Shown: positions 38,707-49,060, counted from the first letter of the stretch. The stretch: DNA of 64,000 nucleotides from Gemmatimonadales bacterium (GCA_025927545.1 JAICLE010000002.1:36339-100338); one strand, 5' to 3'. Numbers and translations are program-made. Notes: generated by a model not told the origin, from the letters alone.

Positions 38707-38734
38707 CGGTAATCGCGTCACGCCGAGCGGGCAG

Positions 38735-38774
38735 GCACGAAGGGGGCATACCCGCAGGTATGCCCCCTTCGTGC
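38735..38774. terminator. 18-bp perfect hairpin between convergent genes (terminator-like, no U tract)
   Basis: GCACGAAGGGGGCATACC-cgca-GGTATGCCCCCTTCGTGC. It lies between the helicase stop (38706) and the lipoprotein stop (38805). Confidence 0.6.
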
Positions 38775-38804
38775 TGCTCGGGCCGACTCTCGGGCTTCGA
38801 TGAA

Positions 38805-39758
38805 CTAGGGGACGAGGGCGAGCTGCAGGTTCACCAGCGAGCAGCCGATGGCCGTGTTGCAGGCGACAACCTTCACGCCGCTCCCGGTCAGGTCGCTGAT
38901 GAGGTCGCCATTGACCACGCCGCCCGCGTAGCTGAGCGCCGGCTGACCGAAGAAGATCGTCCAGGTGCCCGCCGGCGTCGAGCCGTCGGTGCCGACCAGA
39001 ATCCCCGCGCCCGACGTGGTGTTGGCGTTCCCGTCATAAGAGAGCTGGGCGACGGGCGCGCCTGCCGAGTAGAAGTTCATCACCCGGTTGCCCGACCCGT
39101 CCGTAGCCGTGAACAGTTGCGCCTGGGGCGTGAAGGTCAGCGCGAGCGAGGTGGTCGTCGGCCCGACCTGGAGGCATTTGGAGTGAAACGGGTGCGTCTC
39201 CTGGCCGCCCGGATTGATCCACAGCCCCGGCTGCCCCGTGGCCGACGTGACACACTGACCGTTGCCGCCGTTCCCCGTCCCATCCGAACCGTACGACAAA
39301 CAGTTCGGGTTGTGCGGGCCGAAGACGCCGCCATCGGGATCGGTCCACCAGCCATTCGCGCTGCAGGTGCCGACGCCATAGAGGCCGGCGCCCGACGTCT
39401 GGAACACCAGTGCCGTGCTGCTCCCGGAGGTGGCCGCGGTACCGGTCCCGGCAGGATCGTACACGCCCGGATCGACGCTCTGAATTACCGGCGTGCTGTC
39501 GCCCGGCGTGGTCCAGGTGCCGTTGACGATGGGATCGCCGGCGGCCGCCGTATCGACGGGGGTGGTAGATGTCGTATCGCCCGGGTTGGTGGACGTCGTG
39601 TCGCCGCCACCGGAGATGCCGCCCGTGCCGCCGCCGCGGGGGCCGTTGACGGGGACGTCACGGGTGCCGGTACCGGAAGGCGAGGTCGGGCCGCCGTCCG
39701 AGCAGGCGGCGAGGGTCAGAGTCGCGAGCAACACGGTCGCGAGGCGGAAGCGGGACAT
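38805..39758 (-). CDS. hypothetical lipoprotein, Gly/Thr-rich
   Basis: 317 aa. It has a signal/lipobox (LLATLTLAACSDGG). No family recognised. Confidence 0.65.
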   Translation of the reverse strand: MSRFRLATVLLATLTLAACSDGGPTSPSGTGTRDVPVNGPRGGGTGGISGGGDTTSTNPGDTTSTTPVDTAAAGDPIVNGTWTTPGDSTPVIQSVDPGVYDPAGTGTAATSGSSTALVFQTSGAGLYGVGTCSANGWWTDPDGGVFGPHNPNCLSYGSDGTGNGGNGQCVTSATGQPGLWINPGGQETHPFHSKCLQVGPTTTSLALTFTPQAQLFTATDGSGNRVMNFYSAGAPVAQLSYDGNANTTSGAGILVGTDGSTPAGTWTIFFGQPALSYAGGVVNGDLISDLTGSGVKVVACNTAIGCSLVNLQLALVP

Positions 39759-40058
39759 GGGACGACTCCTTCGACGGCACGAGGGTGAGCCGGCCGGCTG
39801 CCGGCGTCAGCCCCTTCGACGGCCAGGCTGTCTCTGAGAGACCCTTGGCTTTGCGGACCGGCCTCGCGGCCGGGGTGCCCTGGTCGAAGGGAATTGGTAC
39901 AGTGATCCTTCGACCCGCAGATCGGCAATCCCGGTGCCAGATCGGCAACTGATGCTGGACCAACGTGATGCCCCGCGACAACCGGGCTGCGCTGGGTGGT
40001 CGCTACCGCGCTCTGCAACGGCAGGTCTCCACGCGGGCGCACCGATACGAGGTTCATC

Positions 40059-40319
40059 ATGGCAGAGAAATTCGAGCTGGAGCATGGCGGCCAGAAATAC
40101 ACCGTAGAGCGCGGGGAGCCCCGCCACGAAGCAGCGACCGGCGGCGGTGCGCCGGTGGGGACGGACAGTTGGTACATCAAGCTCAATCTGGCCGCCGTGA
40201 CCAGCCTGCAGGCGGTGCCGGATGAGGGCCGGGCGGCGCTGGAGGCGCGGATCCACCGGTGGCTGGACGAGCATCCCGAGCCGCTCGGGGGTGCGGGGAT
40301 CGTACTGGGTGGCGGCTGA
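40059..40319 (+). CDS. small hypothetical protein (86 aa)
   Basis: MAEKFELEHGGQKYTVERGE... from ATG 40059. The track start at 39996 is less likely. Confidence 0.45.
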   Translation: MAEKFELEHGGQKYTVERGEPRHEAATGGGAPVGTDSWYIKLNLAAVTSLQAVPDEGRAALEARIHRWLDEHPEPLGGAGIVLGGG

Positions 40320-40355
40320 AGCGGACGCACTCAGCGGGTGGCCTGGCCGCGTGCA

Positions 40356-43300
40356 TCAGCCGGCCGCCGTCCGCACCCGTGCGGCCTCTCCCTGCAGCTC
40401 CGGCACCCGCTCCGGCTCCCGAGCGGGGGCGTGCGCCCGCCGGCCGAAGCGGTGCTGCAGTGCGTCGAGGTAGGTGTAGATCACCGGCGTGATGTACAGC
40501 GTGATGAGCTGGGAGAAGGCAAGCCCGCCCACCACCGCGATACCCAGCGGCCTGCGCGACTCGGCACCCGCCCCGTGGCCAAGCGCTATCGGCAGCACGC
40601 CCACCAGGGCGGCCATGGTGGTCATCATGATGGGCCGGAACCGGACGCTCGCCGCCTCGAGGATCGAGTCCCGTGAGTTCTTCCCGTGGTGCCGTTCCGC
40701 CTCGATGGCGAAATCGATCATCATGATGGCGTTTTTCTTCACGATGCCGATGAGCATGATGATGCCGACGAACGCGTAGATACTGAGGTCCTCTCCGAAC
40801 ACCAGCAGCGCGAGCAGCGCGCCGAACCCGGCGAACGGCAGTCCCGACAGGATCGTCAGCGGGTGCACGAAGCTCTCGTACAGGATCCCGAGCACGAGGT
40901 AGATGACCAGGATGGCGAGCACCAGGAGCAGCAGCAATCCCTGCTGCGCCTGCTGAAACGCCTGCGCCGTGCCCGAGAAGCTGGTGCTGATCGTCGATGG
41001 CAGCACCTCGCGCGCCGTCGCCTCCACCCGCTCGACCGCGGTGCCGATCGAGGTCCCGGGCTCGAGATTGAACGACAGCGTGACCGACGGGAGTTGCCCC
41101 GAGTGGTTCACCGTCAGCGGGCCGGTGCCCGGGGTCACGCGGGCCAGACTCCCGAGCGGCACCGATACGCCTTGGCGGCCGGTGATGTGGAGCAGGTTCA
41201 TCGCCGAGAGATCGCGCTGATACTGGGGCAGCAGCTCCATCACGACCCAGTACTGGTCGTTGGGGGTGTAGATGGTGCTGACCTGGCGCGCGCCGTACGC
41301 GTTGTAGAGCGCGTTCTCGATCTGGCTCACGTCGATCCCGAGTGCCGCCGCGCGATCCCGGTCGATCTGCACCTGCACCTGGGGGTTCTTGATCTGGAGG
41401 TCGCTGGTGACGTCGGTGAGCCCCGGCACGTCATGCAGCCGGCGCTCGAGCGTGGCGGCGCCTTCATAGAGCGCGTCGATGTCGGAGCTCTGCAGGGTGA
41501 ACTGGTACAGGCTCTTGGACGAGCGGCCGCCGATGTTGATGACCGGCGGATTGGTGATGAACACGCGCATGCCGGGCACGGCGCCGAGCTTCCGGGTGAG
41601 TGACTGGGCCACCTGGTCGGCGCTGAGCGCGCGCTCGTCGCGCGGCTTGAGGTGGATGAAGAGCCGGCCCTGGTTCACCGTCGAGCTGCGGCCGCCGGCT
41701 CCGACGGCCGACATGAATCCCTCGACGTTCGGATCCTCCTGCACGATCGCCCCGGCCGCCCGCTGGTGCTCCACCATGGCATCGTAGCTGGTCCCCTCGG
41801 CGGTCTCGGTGGTGCCGCTCAACTGACCGGTGTCCTCGCTCGGAATGAATCCCTTGGGGACGACGCGCGCGAGCACGACCGTCCCCACCAGGATCAGCGC
41901 GCCGAACAGGAGCGCCAGCCGGCGCCGGTCCATGACCCAGGCGAGGCTCCGCTCGTAGCCGGCGAGCGACGCCTCCCACCCTCGCTCGATCGCGCGGTAG
42001 AACGGGCCATGGGTCGCATCCGGCGGCGCGTGCTTGAGCCAGCGGCTGCACAGCATCGGCGTGAGCGTGAGCGAGACGAAGCCCGAGACCAGGATCGCCA
42101 CGGCGATGGTCACGGCGAACTCCTGGAACAGCCGCCCGATGAGCCCGCCCAGGAAGAGCACGGGGATGAACACCGCCACCAGCGACAGCGTCATCGAGAG
42201 CACGGTGAAGCTGATCTCGCGGCTCCCATGCAGCGCCGCCTGCATGACCGGCTCGCCCGCCTCGATGTGGCGCACGATGTTCTCCAGCACCACGATGGCA
42301 TCGTCCACCACGAAGCCCACGGCCAGCGTCAGCGCCATCAGCGAGAGGTTGTCCAGACTGTACCCCAGCAGGTACATCACCGCGAACGTGCCCACGATGG
42401 ACATCGGCAACGCCAGCGCGGGGATGGTGGTGGCCCGGAGGTTCCGGAGGAACAGGAAGATCACCATCACGACCAGGCACAGCGACAGGAAGAGGGTGAA
42501 CTTCACGTCTGCCACCGACTGCTGAATGCTCTCCGAGCGGTCGTACAGCGTGGCCATTTCCACCGAGGCCGGCAGCTCCGGCCCGAGTTGCTCGACCTCG
42601 GCCTTGACCCGCTGGGCGACGGCGACCGTGTTGGTGCCGGGCTGCCGCTGGATGGCGAGCACGATGGCGCGCTGGCCGTTATACCAGCTCGCCCGTTTGG
42701 TGTCCTCGACGCTGTCGACGACCTTGCCCAGATCGCCGAGCCGCACCGGGGCGCCGTCCCGATACGCCACCACCAGCTTGGCAAACGCCGCCGCGTCGGT
42801 GAGCTGCCCCTGGCTCTCCACCGAGTAGGCCTTGTCGGTGCCCCAGAGAATGCCGGTCGGCAGGTTGACGTTGCCGTTCTGCACCGCCGTCGCCACCTCG
42901 TCGATCCCGATGCTCCGGGCGGCCAGCTGCTGGGGGTCGAGCTGGATCCGGACCGCGTACTTCTGCGACCCGTACACCTGTACCTGGGCCACCCCGTCCA
43001 CGGTCGAGAGGCGCTGCGCCAGGAAGGTTTCGGCGTACTCATCGAGCTGCGGCAGCGGCAGCGTCGCGGTCCGGAGCGCATAGTACAGGATGGGGGACGA
43101 TGACGGATCCACCTTGCGGAAGCTCGGCGGCAGCATTTCCTGCGGGAGCTGGCGCTGCGCCTGGGAGATCGCCGCCTGCACGTCCTGCGCGGCCGCGTCG
43201 ATGTTGCGGCTGAGCGCGAACTGCAGGGTGATCTGGCTGCTCCCCTGGCTGCTGGTCGAGGTCATCGTCTCCACGCCGGGGATGGTGGAGAACTGCTTCT

Positions 43301-43502
43301 CCAGCGGCGTCGCCACCGAGGAGGCCATCGTCTCCGGACTCGCGCCGGGCAGATTGGCGCTGATCGAGATGGTGGGGTAGTCCACCGCGGGGAGATCGCT
43401 CACGGGCAGCTCGCGGTAGGCCACGAGCCCGAAGATGAGGATGCCAGCCATGACCAGCGTGGTCATGACGGGTCGGCGGATGAAGAGACCGGTGATGTTC
43501 AT
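40356..43502 (-). CDS. RND efflux transporter permease (HAE1/AcrB-like)
   Basis: 1048 aa. It shows an N-terminal [25 protein letters not shown], a 12-TM architecture, and typical [15 protein letters not shown] and [14 protein letters not shown] motifs. Confidence 0.95.
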   Translation of the reverse strand: MNITGLFIRRPVMTTLVMAGILIFGLVAYRELPVSDLPAVDYPTISISANLPGASPETMASSVATPLEKQFSTIPGVETMTSTSSQGSSQITLQFALSRNIDAAAQDVQAAISQAQRQLPQEMLPPSFRKVDPSSSPILYYALRTATLPLPQLDEYAETFLAQRLSTVDGVAQVQVYGSQKYAVRIQLDPQQLAARSIGIDEVATAVQNGNVNLPTGILWGTDKAYSVESQGQLTDAAAFAKLVVAYRDGAPVRLGDLGKVVDSVEDTKRASWYNGQRAIVLAIQRQPGTNTVAVAQRVKAEVEQLGPELPASVEMATLYDRSESIQQSVADVKFTLFLSLCLVVMVIFLFLRNLRATTIPALALPMSIVGTFAVMYLLGYSLDNLSLMALTLAVGFVVDDAIVVLENIVRHIEAGEPVMQAALHGSREISFTVLSMTLSLVAVFIPVLFLGGLIGRLFQEFAVTIAVAILVSGFVSLTLTPMLCSRWLKHAPPDATHGPFYRAIERGWEASLAGYERSLAWVMDRRRLALLFGALILVGTVVLARVVPKGFIPSEDTGQLSGTTETAEGTSYDAMVEHQRAAGAIVQEDPNVEGFMSAVGAGGRSSTVNQGRLFIHLKPRDERALSADQVAQSLTRKLGAVPGMRVFITNPPVINIGGRSSKSLYQFTLQSSDIDALYEGAATLERRLHDVPGLTDVTSDLQIKNPQVQVQIDRDRAAALGIDVSQIENALYNAYGARQVSTIYTPNDQYWVVMELLPQYQRDLSAMNLLHITGRQGVSVPLGSLARVTPGTGPLTVNHSGQLPSVTLSFNLEPGTSIGTAVERVEATAREVLPSTISTSFSGTAQAFQQAQQGLLLLLVLAILVIYLVLGILYESFVHPLTILSGLPFAGFGALLALLVFGEDLSIYAFVGIIMLIGIVKKNAIMMIDFAIEAERHHGKNSRDSILEAASVRFRPIMMTTMAALVGVLPIALGHGAGAESRRPLGIAVVGGLAFSQLITLYITPVIYTYLDALQHRFGRRAHAPAREPERVPELQGEAARVRTAAG

Positions 43503-44620
43503 GATGCCCTCGCCCGGGCGCTGTCGCCCGGGGCCTTGATCTGCACTCTGGAGCCGTCACGCAGCCGGAGCTGGCCGTCGATGACCACCGGGTCGCCCGG
43601 GTGCACCTCGCCCGTGACGACGGCAAATTCGTCGGTGGAACGCTCCACCTTTACCGCGCGGGTAGCGGCCGAGCTGTCGGGTTTGATGACGAAGACGAAA
43701 CTGCCCTGCTGACCGGACACGACGGCCGCAGCCGGCACCACCAACGCGTTCGGCTCCACGTAGAGGCGGAGCCGGACATTGACGAACTCGCCAGGCCAGA
43801 GCGCGCCATCGGTGTTCGGGAAGGTGCCCTTGAGGAGAATCGTCCCGGTCGTGGTGTCCACGGCATTGTCCACGAACGACAGTGTCCCCTGGCTCGCGGT
43901 CCCGCCCCCGGTCGGGGTGGCCGAGACCACGATCGTATCGCCCCGGTAGCGCTGGATCGAGGGGAGGTTGGCCGCGGGCACGGCGAAGCGTACCAGGATC
44001 GGCTTGATCTGGTTGATGGTGACGAGCGGCGCGGCGTCGGTGGTCCGGACGAGGTTCCCTGCGCGCACGCGGAGGCTGCCGGTGCGTCCCGAGATGGGCG
44101 CCCGGATGGTGGCGTACTGCAGGTTGAGCTGCGCCTGCTCCACCGCCGCCCGGCTGGCGGCCAGCGTGGCCGTACTCGCCGCGGCGCTCGTCTTGGCCGC
44201 GTCGTATTGCTGCGCCGTCACATACTCCTTCTCCGCCAGCGCGGAGTACCGCGTCGCGTCCTGCTCGGCGTTGGCGGCCTGAGCCTGGTCGCGCCGCAGG
44301 ATCCCTTCGGCCTGCGCCAGGGCCGCCTGAAACGGCCGCGGGTCGAGCTGGAAAAGCACCTGGCCCTTCGTGACTTCCTGTCCCTCGCGGAACGCGATCC
44401 GCACGATTGGCGCGCTGACCTGGGGCTGGACCGCCACCGTCTGGATCGGCTCGACCGTACCCGTGGCCGCCAGCTCGAACGGGACGGCGCGGCGCTCGGC
44501 CGTCGCGACGGTGACAGGCACCGGCGGCGGAGGGGGCGTGTCCTTCTTCGCACAGGCGGAGGCCACGGCCAGAACGGAAAGGGCCGAGAGAACGGAAGCC
44601 GGGCCGCTGCGAGAGCTCAT
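43499..44620 (-). CDS. RND efflux periplasmic adaptor (membrane fusion protein)
   Basis: 373 aa. It has a lipoprotein-like signal ([10 protein letters not shown]) and a coiled-coil hairpin region, and shows 4-nt overlaps with both neighbours. Confidence 0.88.
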   Translation of the reverse strand: MSSRSGPASVLSALSVLAVASACAKKDTPPPPPVPVTVATAERRAVPFELAATGTVEPIQTVAVQPQVSAPIVRIAFREGQEVTKGQVLFQLDPRPFQAALAQAEGILRRDQAQAANAEQDATRYSALAEKEYVTAQQYDAAKTSAAASTATLAASRAAVEQAQLNLQYATIRAPISGRTGSLRVRAGNLVRTTDAAPLVTINQIKPILVRFAVPAANLPSIQRYRGDTIVVSATPTGGGTASQGTLSFVDNAVDTTTGTILLKGTFPNTDGALWPGEFVNVRLRLYVEPNALVVPAAAVVSGQQGSFVFVIKPDSSAATRAVKVERSTDEFAVVTGEVHPGDPVVIDGQLRLRDGSRVQIKAPGDSARARAS

Positions 44621-46086
44621 CGGGAGGGCACCGTCGTCGTGTCGGTGGTCAGGCGCAGCGAGTTACCGCCTTGGGGGTCGAGCACCCCCGCGTCGTGCGC
44701 CAGTTGCGCCAGCGAGACGCTCCAGGCAAGCCGGGCATCCACCCGCTGCGCCCGCGCGCCGGCCAGCGCCGTCTGCGCGGTCAATAGATCGAGAATGCTG
44801 CCGACCCCGGCCTTGTACCGGGCCAGCGCCGCCTCGCTCGACTGCCGCGCGCTCGCCAGCAGGTCCTCCGACGTGCGCACCCGCCGGGTCGAAGTCTGCA
44901 GCGCATAGTACGCGCTGAACACCTGGAAGACGACCTGCTGGCGGATGGTCTCGGTCCGGGCCGCCGCCGCCTCGGCCTGGTATTCGGCCGCGCGGAGGTC
45001 GTACTGGCGGGAGAAGCCGTTGAACAGCGGGAGGGCGAGGCCGATCGCCACGTTGTAGCTGTTGGCGCCATTCGGAATGGTGGTCGCGTAGGTGCGGCCG
45101 GCGGTGGCGCTCAGGTTGAGCGAGGGGAGCAGGCTCGAGCGCGTCTCGCCCACCGCCGCGCGGGCGGCTTCCGCCTGCGCGCGGGAGGCCGCCAGATCGG
45201 GCCGGCCCCGGAGCGCCGCCCCGATCAGAGCGTCCACGCTGTCGGCCAGCGCCGCGACCGGCACTTCGGCCGCGGTCGAGTCCACGTCGTATGGGAGATT
45301 GGCCGGCAGACCCAGCGCCAGCGCCAGCGCGCCGCGGGCCGTCTGCAGGTTGCCCTCCGTGGTCTGGACATCGAGTTGCGCCTGGCTCGCCGCCGTTCGC
45401 GCCTGCAGCACGTCCGCGATGGTGGCGAGTCCCACCCGTCGGCGCTCCTCGGCCGCCTCGAGGTTGGCACGCGCCTCGTCCAGGGTGGTCCGCTGGGCCG
45501 CCAGCAGTGACCGGTTGGCGAGGTACTGGAAGTAGGCCACCTGGATCTGCAGCACGACATCCTCGATGGCCGCGTTGTGAGTGAACCCCGCCGCGAAGAG
45601 CTGCTGCCGTGCCCCCTCGATCCGGCCGCGCCGGCCGCCGAAATCGTAGAGCAGGTAGCTGAGCGTGGCACTCGGCGTGAGCACCGATTGCTGGACCGCG
45701 GTGCGCCCCTGACTCGCCACCGTCTTGATGCGGGCCGCCGTCACGTCGCCATCCACCTGGGGAAGCCAGCTGCCGCGCTCCGAGCCGTAGGCCGCCGCCG
45801 CCGCCTGCGCGTTGGCCCATGCGAGCCGGGTGTTCGCGTTGTTACGGAGGCCAATGTCGACGATCTCCGCCAGCGTGAGCCGCCGGATCCGCTCGGCCAG
45901 CCCCGCGGGAAGTACCACGCGGGCGGAGCTGTCGGCCACCACGGCCCGCTCGAGCGCGGCAGGCGGTGGCGTCCAGGGCACCTGCGGCGCCGGCGACGCG
46001 CCCGGCACGCCCGACACGCGCGGCGTTCCCACGCAGCCCCCCAGCAGCGCGACGAGCGCGAGGGCGCCGGGCCGGCGCGCCGTCAT
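44617..46086 (-). CDS. outer membrane efflux protein (TolC-like OMF)
   Basis: 489 aa from ATG 46086, with an ATGA overlap onto the regulator stop. It has a signal/lipobox (LVALLGGC) and two repeats of the OEP motif. Confidence 0.85.
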   Translation of the reverse strand: MTARRPGALALVALLGGCVGTPRVSGVPGASPAPQVPWTPPPAALERAVVADSSARVVLPAGLAERIRRLTLAEIVDIGLRNNANTRLAWANAQAAAAAYGSERGSWLPQVDGDVTAARIKTVASQGRTAVQQSVLTPSATLSYLLYDFGGRRGRIEGARQQLFAAGFTHNAAIEDVVLQIQVAYFQYLANRSLLAAQRTTLDEARANLEAAEERRRVGLATIADVLQARTAASQAQLDVQTTEGNLQTARGALALALGLPANLPYDVDSTAAEVPVAALADSVDALIGAALRGRPDLAASRAQAEAARAAVGETRSSLLPSLNLSATAGRTYATTIPNGANSYNVAIGLALPLFNGFSRQYDLRAAEYQAEAAAARTETIRQQVVFQVFSAYYALQTSTRRVRTSEDLLASARQSSEAALARYKAGVGSILDLLTAQTALAGARAQRVDARLAWSVSLAQLAHDAGVLDPQGGNSLRLTTDTTTVPSR

Positions 46087-46568
46087 CGCGCCCACTCTCC
46101 CGTTGCAAGCGCGGGCGAGCCCTCCCCCTTGGCCCATTCCCGCAACGCCGCCCCGATCGCGTCGGCCATGTAGGCGTAGGCGGTCTCATACCCGCGGAGC
46201 CGTGCGCGAACCCGGGCGCTGCTGATGGGAAGGGTGCGGCGAGCCTCGCCCACGGCTTCGGTGAACCGCTGCCACCGCCCCAGCCGTTCCGCCATCGTGC
46301 GGCGGAACAGGTCGGGGGCTGCCCGGTAGTAGTCATGGCGGTCGCCGGGGCGGCACACCCGCTCGAGCAGGCCCATCCCGGCCAGGATACGCGCATTGGT
46401 GCTGGCGCTGGCCTTGCTCACACCGAGCTCGTCGGCGAGCTGGCTCAGCGAGCGGGGCTCGTCGCTCACCAGGAGGCGGCCGAAGATGCGCCCCGCGATG
46501 CGAGGGCGGCCCTCGGCCTCGAAGAGGAGGCCCATGCGGTCGGTGAAGCGAATCGTAGCGGAGTCCAT
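46083..46568 (-). CDS. MarR/GbsR-like winged-helix transcriptional regulator, first gene of the efflux operon
   Basis: 161 aa from ATG 46568, with GGAG 5 nt upstream. The wHTH segment is PRSLSQLADELGVSKASASTNARILAGMGLLER. The 540-aa track ORF is a spurious read-through. Confidence 0.7.
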   Translation of the reverse strand: MDSATIRFTDRMGLLFEAEGRPRIAGRIFGRLLVSDEPRSLSQLADELGVSKASASTNARILAGMGLLERVCRPGDRHDYYRAAPDLFRRTMAERLGRWQRFTEAVGEARRTLPISSARVRARLRGYETAYAYMADAIGAALREWAKGEGSPALATGEWAR

Positions 46569-46599
46569 GACGCTCCTGTCTCGCGGCCGGCGTTTCCTG

Positions 46600-46619
46600 C
46601 GTTCAGTACGTACTGAACG
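46600..46619. promoter_or_regulatory. 20-bp perfect palindrome, candidate operator of the efflux operon
   Basis: CGTTCAGTAC|GTACTGAACG, 32-51 nt upstream of the MarR-like gene start. Confidence 0.6.
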
Positions 46620-46659
46620 TAACCGTGATCGGGGCGTCCGGGCGCGCACAACGGCCGCC

Positions 46660-47193
46660 TCACCCATCTCGATGGGTCGTGGGCAACCGCAGATCGGCCA
46701 GAAAGAAGGCCGCGAGCTCCGCGCGCCCGCCCAGACCGGCCTTGCGGTAGATCGTGACGGCGTGCTGCCGCACCGTTCGCTCGCTCCGACCCGTGGCCGC
46801 CGCGATCTGCTTGTGGCCGTGCCCCTGCAGCAGCAGCAGGGCCACCTCCCGCTCGGTCGGCGTGAGCCCCCAAGCCAGAAACTGGTCCTCCACCGCGTAT
46901 CCAAGCCCGTCGAGCGCCTGATGTGCCCGGGCCCGCCAGGCATCGCGCTCGCTCTGGCGCTCGGCGAGCGAGCGGCGAAGCGCCGCGGCCGACTCGGCCG
47001 CTTTTCGCCAGCCGTGCCACAGCCAGACCGACGCCGCCAGCGCGCCGACGATGAGGAGAACTTCGTAGACCACATGCGCGGAGAGCCAGTTCGCCGGCGC
47101 GTCAAGGACGAGGTCGACCGCGCCCCCCGCCACGATCCCGGCCAGCAGCAGTGCGAGCGCGACCCGCATTCCCCGAAGCTCGTTTTCGTCCAT
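46660..47193 (-). CDS. membrane-anchored LuxR-family (HTH) transcriptional regulator
   Basis: 177 aa. It has two N-terminal TM helices and a C-terminal LTPTEREVALLLLQGHGHKQIAAATGRSERTVRQHAVTIYRKAG (LuxR/GerE HTH). Confidence 0.8.
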   Translation of the reverse strand: MDENELRGMRVALALLLAGIVAGGAVDLVLDAPANWLSAHVVYEVLLIVGALAASVWLWHGWRKAAESAAALRRSLAERQSERDAWRARAHQALDGLGYAVEDQFLAWGLTPTEREVALLLLQGHGHKQIAAATGRSERTVRQHAVTIYRKAGLGGRAELAAFFLADLRLPTTHRDG

Positions 47194-47206
47194 GGTACTC
47201 CGGCAG

Positions 47207-47254
47207 ATGTCGGATGGGGCGCAACCGGGCGGTCACGCGTCGAATGTCGGATGG
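47207..47254. promoter_or_regulatory. direct repeat ATGTCGGATGG x2 in a divergent promoter region
   Basis: Identical 11-mers at 47207-47217 and 47244-47254, between the LuxR-type gene (start 47193, minus) and the DUF2231 gene (start 47307, plus). Confidence 0.4.
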
Positions 47255-47306
47255 CGGAGGCAGTCCGAAGGTCGCATGCTGTCGCCACCTTCATCCGGAG
47301 CCTCAG

Positions 47307-47813
47307 ATGCTGCCCGATCCACTGCACCCAGCCGTGGTCCACTTTCCGATCGTCTTCATGTTCCTGCTGCCCGTTGCCGCCGCCGTTGCGCTCTGGGCCA
47401 TCCGGCGGGGCAGCCGCCCCCGGCTGGCCTGGGCCGTCCCGACCGGGCTCGCGCTTGCGCTCACCCTGAGCGCCTGGCTGGCCGTGGAGACGGGCGAATC
47501 CCAGGAGGAGCGAGTCGAGCATGCCATCGGCGACGGCGCACTCCACTCGCACGAGGAAGGCGCGGAGCGGTTCCTCGTGCTGTCGGGCGTGCTGCTCCTC
47601 GTAAGCGGCGCCGGCCTGCTCGGCGGCTACACGGGCCGGTCGGCCAGGCTGGCCACGCTCGCCGGCGCCGTCGGGCTCGCGGCGATGGGAGCGCAGGTGG
47701 GCCATACCGGGGGAAAGCTAGTCTATCAGGAGGGCGCGGCGAGCGCGTATCTGCCAGCCGGACCCGGCGCAGGAGTGGCAGCCGTCGAAGAAGGCACCGA
47801 GCACGACGATTGA
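47307..47813 (+). CDS. DUF2231-like membrane protein
   Basis: 168 aa from ATG 47307. It shows MLPDPLHPAVVHFPIVFMF (the HPxxVHFPI motif) and four TM helices. Confidence 0.7.
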   Translation: MLPDPLHPAVVHFPIVFMFLLPVAAAVALWAIRRGSRPRLAWAVPTGLALALTLSAWLAVETGESQEERVEHAIGDGALHSHEEGAERFLVLSGVLLLVSGAGLLGGYTGRSARLATLAGAVGLAAMGAQVGHTGGKLVYQEGAASAYLPAGPGAGVAAVEEGTEHDD

Positions 47814-47891
47814 CGGGAACCGCTCTCCCGACGGATGTTTCGGCGATACACTTCCATAGCGCCTGTCGCCGACCGCCGCCCGAGGTGAGCG

Positions 47892-48455
47892 ATGTCTCCA
47901 GCCTCCCCTTCCACCCACGCGCCCACCGGGCTCTCCCGGCTCGGCGCCACCGAGCGCCGCATCGTCGAGTATCTGCTGGGCGGCCGGCGGGTGTCGCGCG
48001 ACGTCAATCAGGAGTTCGCCGACACCCGCACGCTCGGGGAGCGTCTCGCCGACCGAATCGCCGCGTTCGGCGGCTCCTGGCCCTTCATCCTGATGTTCGG
48101 AGCCCTGGTGCTGGCCTGGGTGGCGCTCAACTCCCTGGTGCTCGTGCGTGGGCACCGGTCGTTCGATCCCTATCCTTATATCCTGCTCAACCTGTTTCTC
48201 TCCATGCTGGCGGCCCTCCAGGCACCCATCATCATGATGTCGCAGAACCGGCAGGCGGCGCGGGACCGGCTGCAGGCGGAACACGATTACGAGGTCAACC
48301 TGACGGCGGAAATCGAAATCCGGACGCTGCACGACAAGCTCGACCAGCTCCGCGAGCGGGACTGGGCCGAGCTGGTGTCGCTGCAGCAGGAGCAGATCCG
48401 GATGCTCGAACGGCTGCTGGCACGCCCCGACGGACACGAGCCGCGACCGGATTAG
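47892..48455 (+). CDS. DUF1003 membrane protein
   Basis: 187 aa. FGGSWPFILMFGALVLAWVALN...FDPYPYILLNLFLSMLAALQAPIIMMSQNRQ is the DUF1003 signature. Confidence 0.8.
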   Translation: MSPASPSTHAPTGLSRLGATERRIVEYLLGGRRVSRDVNQEFADTRTLGERLADRIAAFGGSWPFILMFGALVLAWVALNSLVLVRGHRSFDPYPYILLNLFLSMLAALQAPIIMMSQNRQAARDRLQAEHDYEVNLTAEIEIRTLHDKLDQLRERDWAELVSLQQEQIRMLERLLARPDGHEPRPD

Positions 48456-48495
48456 GAATCGTTCAACCAACCACGCCCACCCTCGGGAGAGAGCC

Positions 48496-49053
48496 ATGGC
48501 ATCGCGCAAGCGCTACCAACTGGATCGGGTGACGATCGAGGCCGGCGAGTCGCGGCCGGCGACCTGGACTTTCGGAGGCGACGCGGTGTCGGGGACCGAG
48601 CAGGCCTACGCGGTCACGGACGGCAACTTCTCATCCCGGAACACGTGGGAGTTCATGGTGCGGATTCCCAAGGCGCGCGGGGGACGGCTCGAGGTGCGGC
48701 CGCGCACGACGCCGAACCTGAAGGTCTGGGCCGAGCTGACGGATCGGTCGCTCACCTTTTCCCGGGCGACCAGGGGCGAGGCCCGCGGCCGGTGGTACTG
48801 CCAGGTGGCGCTCGCCGACCCGACCGGGAGCCGAACCAAGGACGTGGTGAAGGGAGACGAGCGCCGCCGGCTCCCTCCCTGGTTCGACCCGCTGCAGGGG
48901 CGCATGCGGCTCAAGCGGAACGTCCGCCCGACCCGAGGCACCGATGGCGATGCCCTCGTCGTGCTGGTGCCGGCCGACGACCACGCGGCGATGATCCGCC
49001 TCTTCTTCGCGACCAAGGTGTGGGTCCTGAAGGAGGGGATCACGCTGGACTGA
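48496..49053 (+). CDS. hypothetical protein
   Basis: 185 aa. GC3-rich codons. No family recognised. Confidence 0.55.
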   Translation: MASRKRYQLDRVTIEAGESRPATWTFGGDAVSGTEQAYAVTDGNFSSRNTWEFMVRIPKARGGRLEVRPRTTPNLKVWAELTDRSLTFSRATRGEARGRWYCQVALADPTGSRTKDVVKGDERRRLPPWFDPLQGRMRLKRNVRPTRGTDGDALVVLVPADDHAAMIRLFFATKVWVLKEGITLD

Positions 49054-49060
49054 GGTATCG

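Noticed and set aside
40686-43103. Several 300-480 aa + strand ORFs (40686-41603, 41652-43103 and others)
   Set aside because: They are antisense to the RND permease gene. Their His/Arg/Asp-rich, low-complexity translations carry no motifs.
46083-47705. 540-aa minus-strand ORF read as one protein
   Set aside because: Only the last 161 codons (46083-46568) look like a real wHTH regulator, with its own GGAG+ATG. The upstream part overlaps the LuxR-type gene in another frame and the divergent DUF2231 gene.
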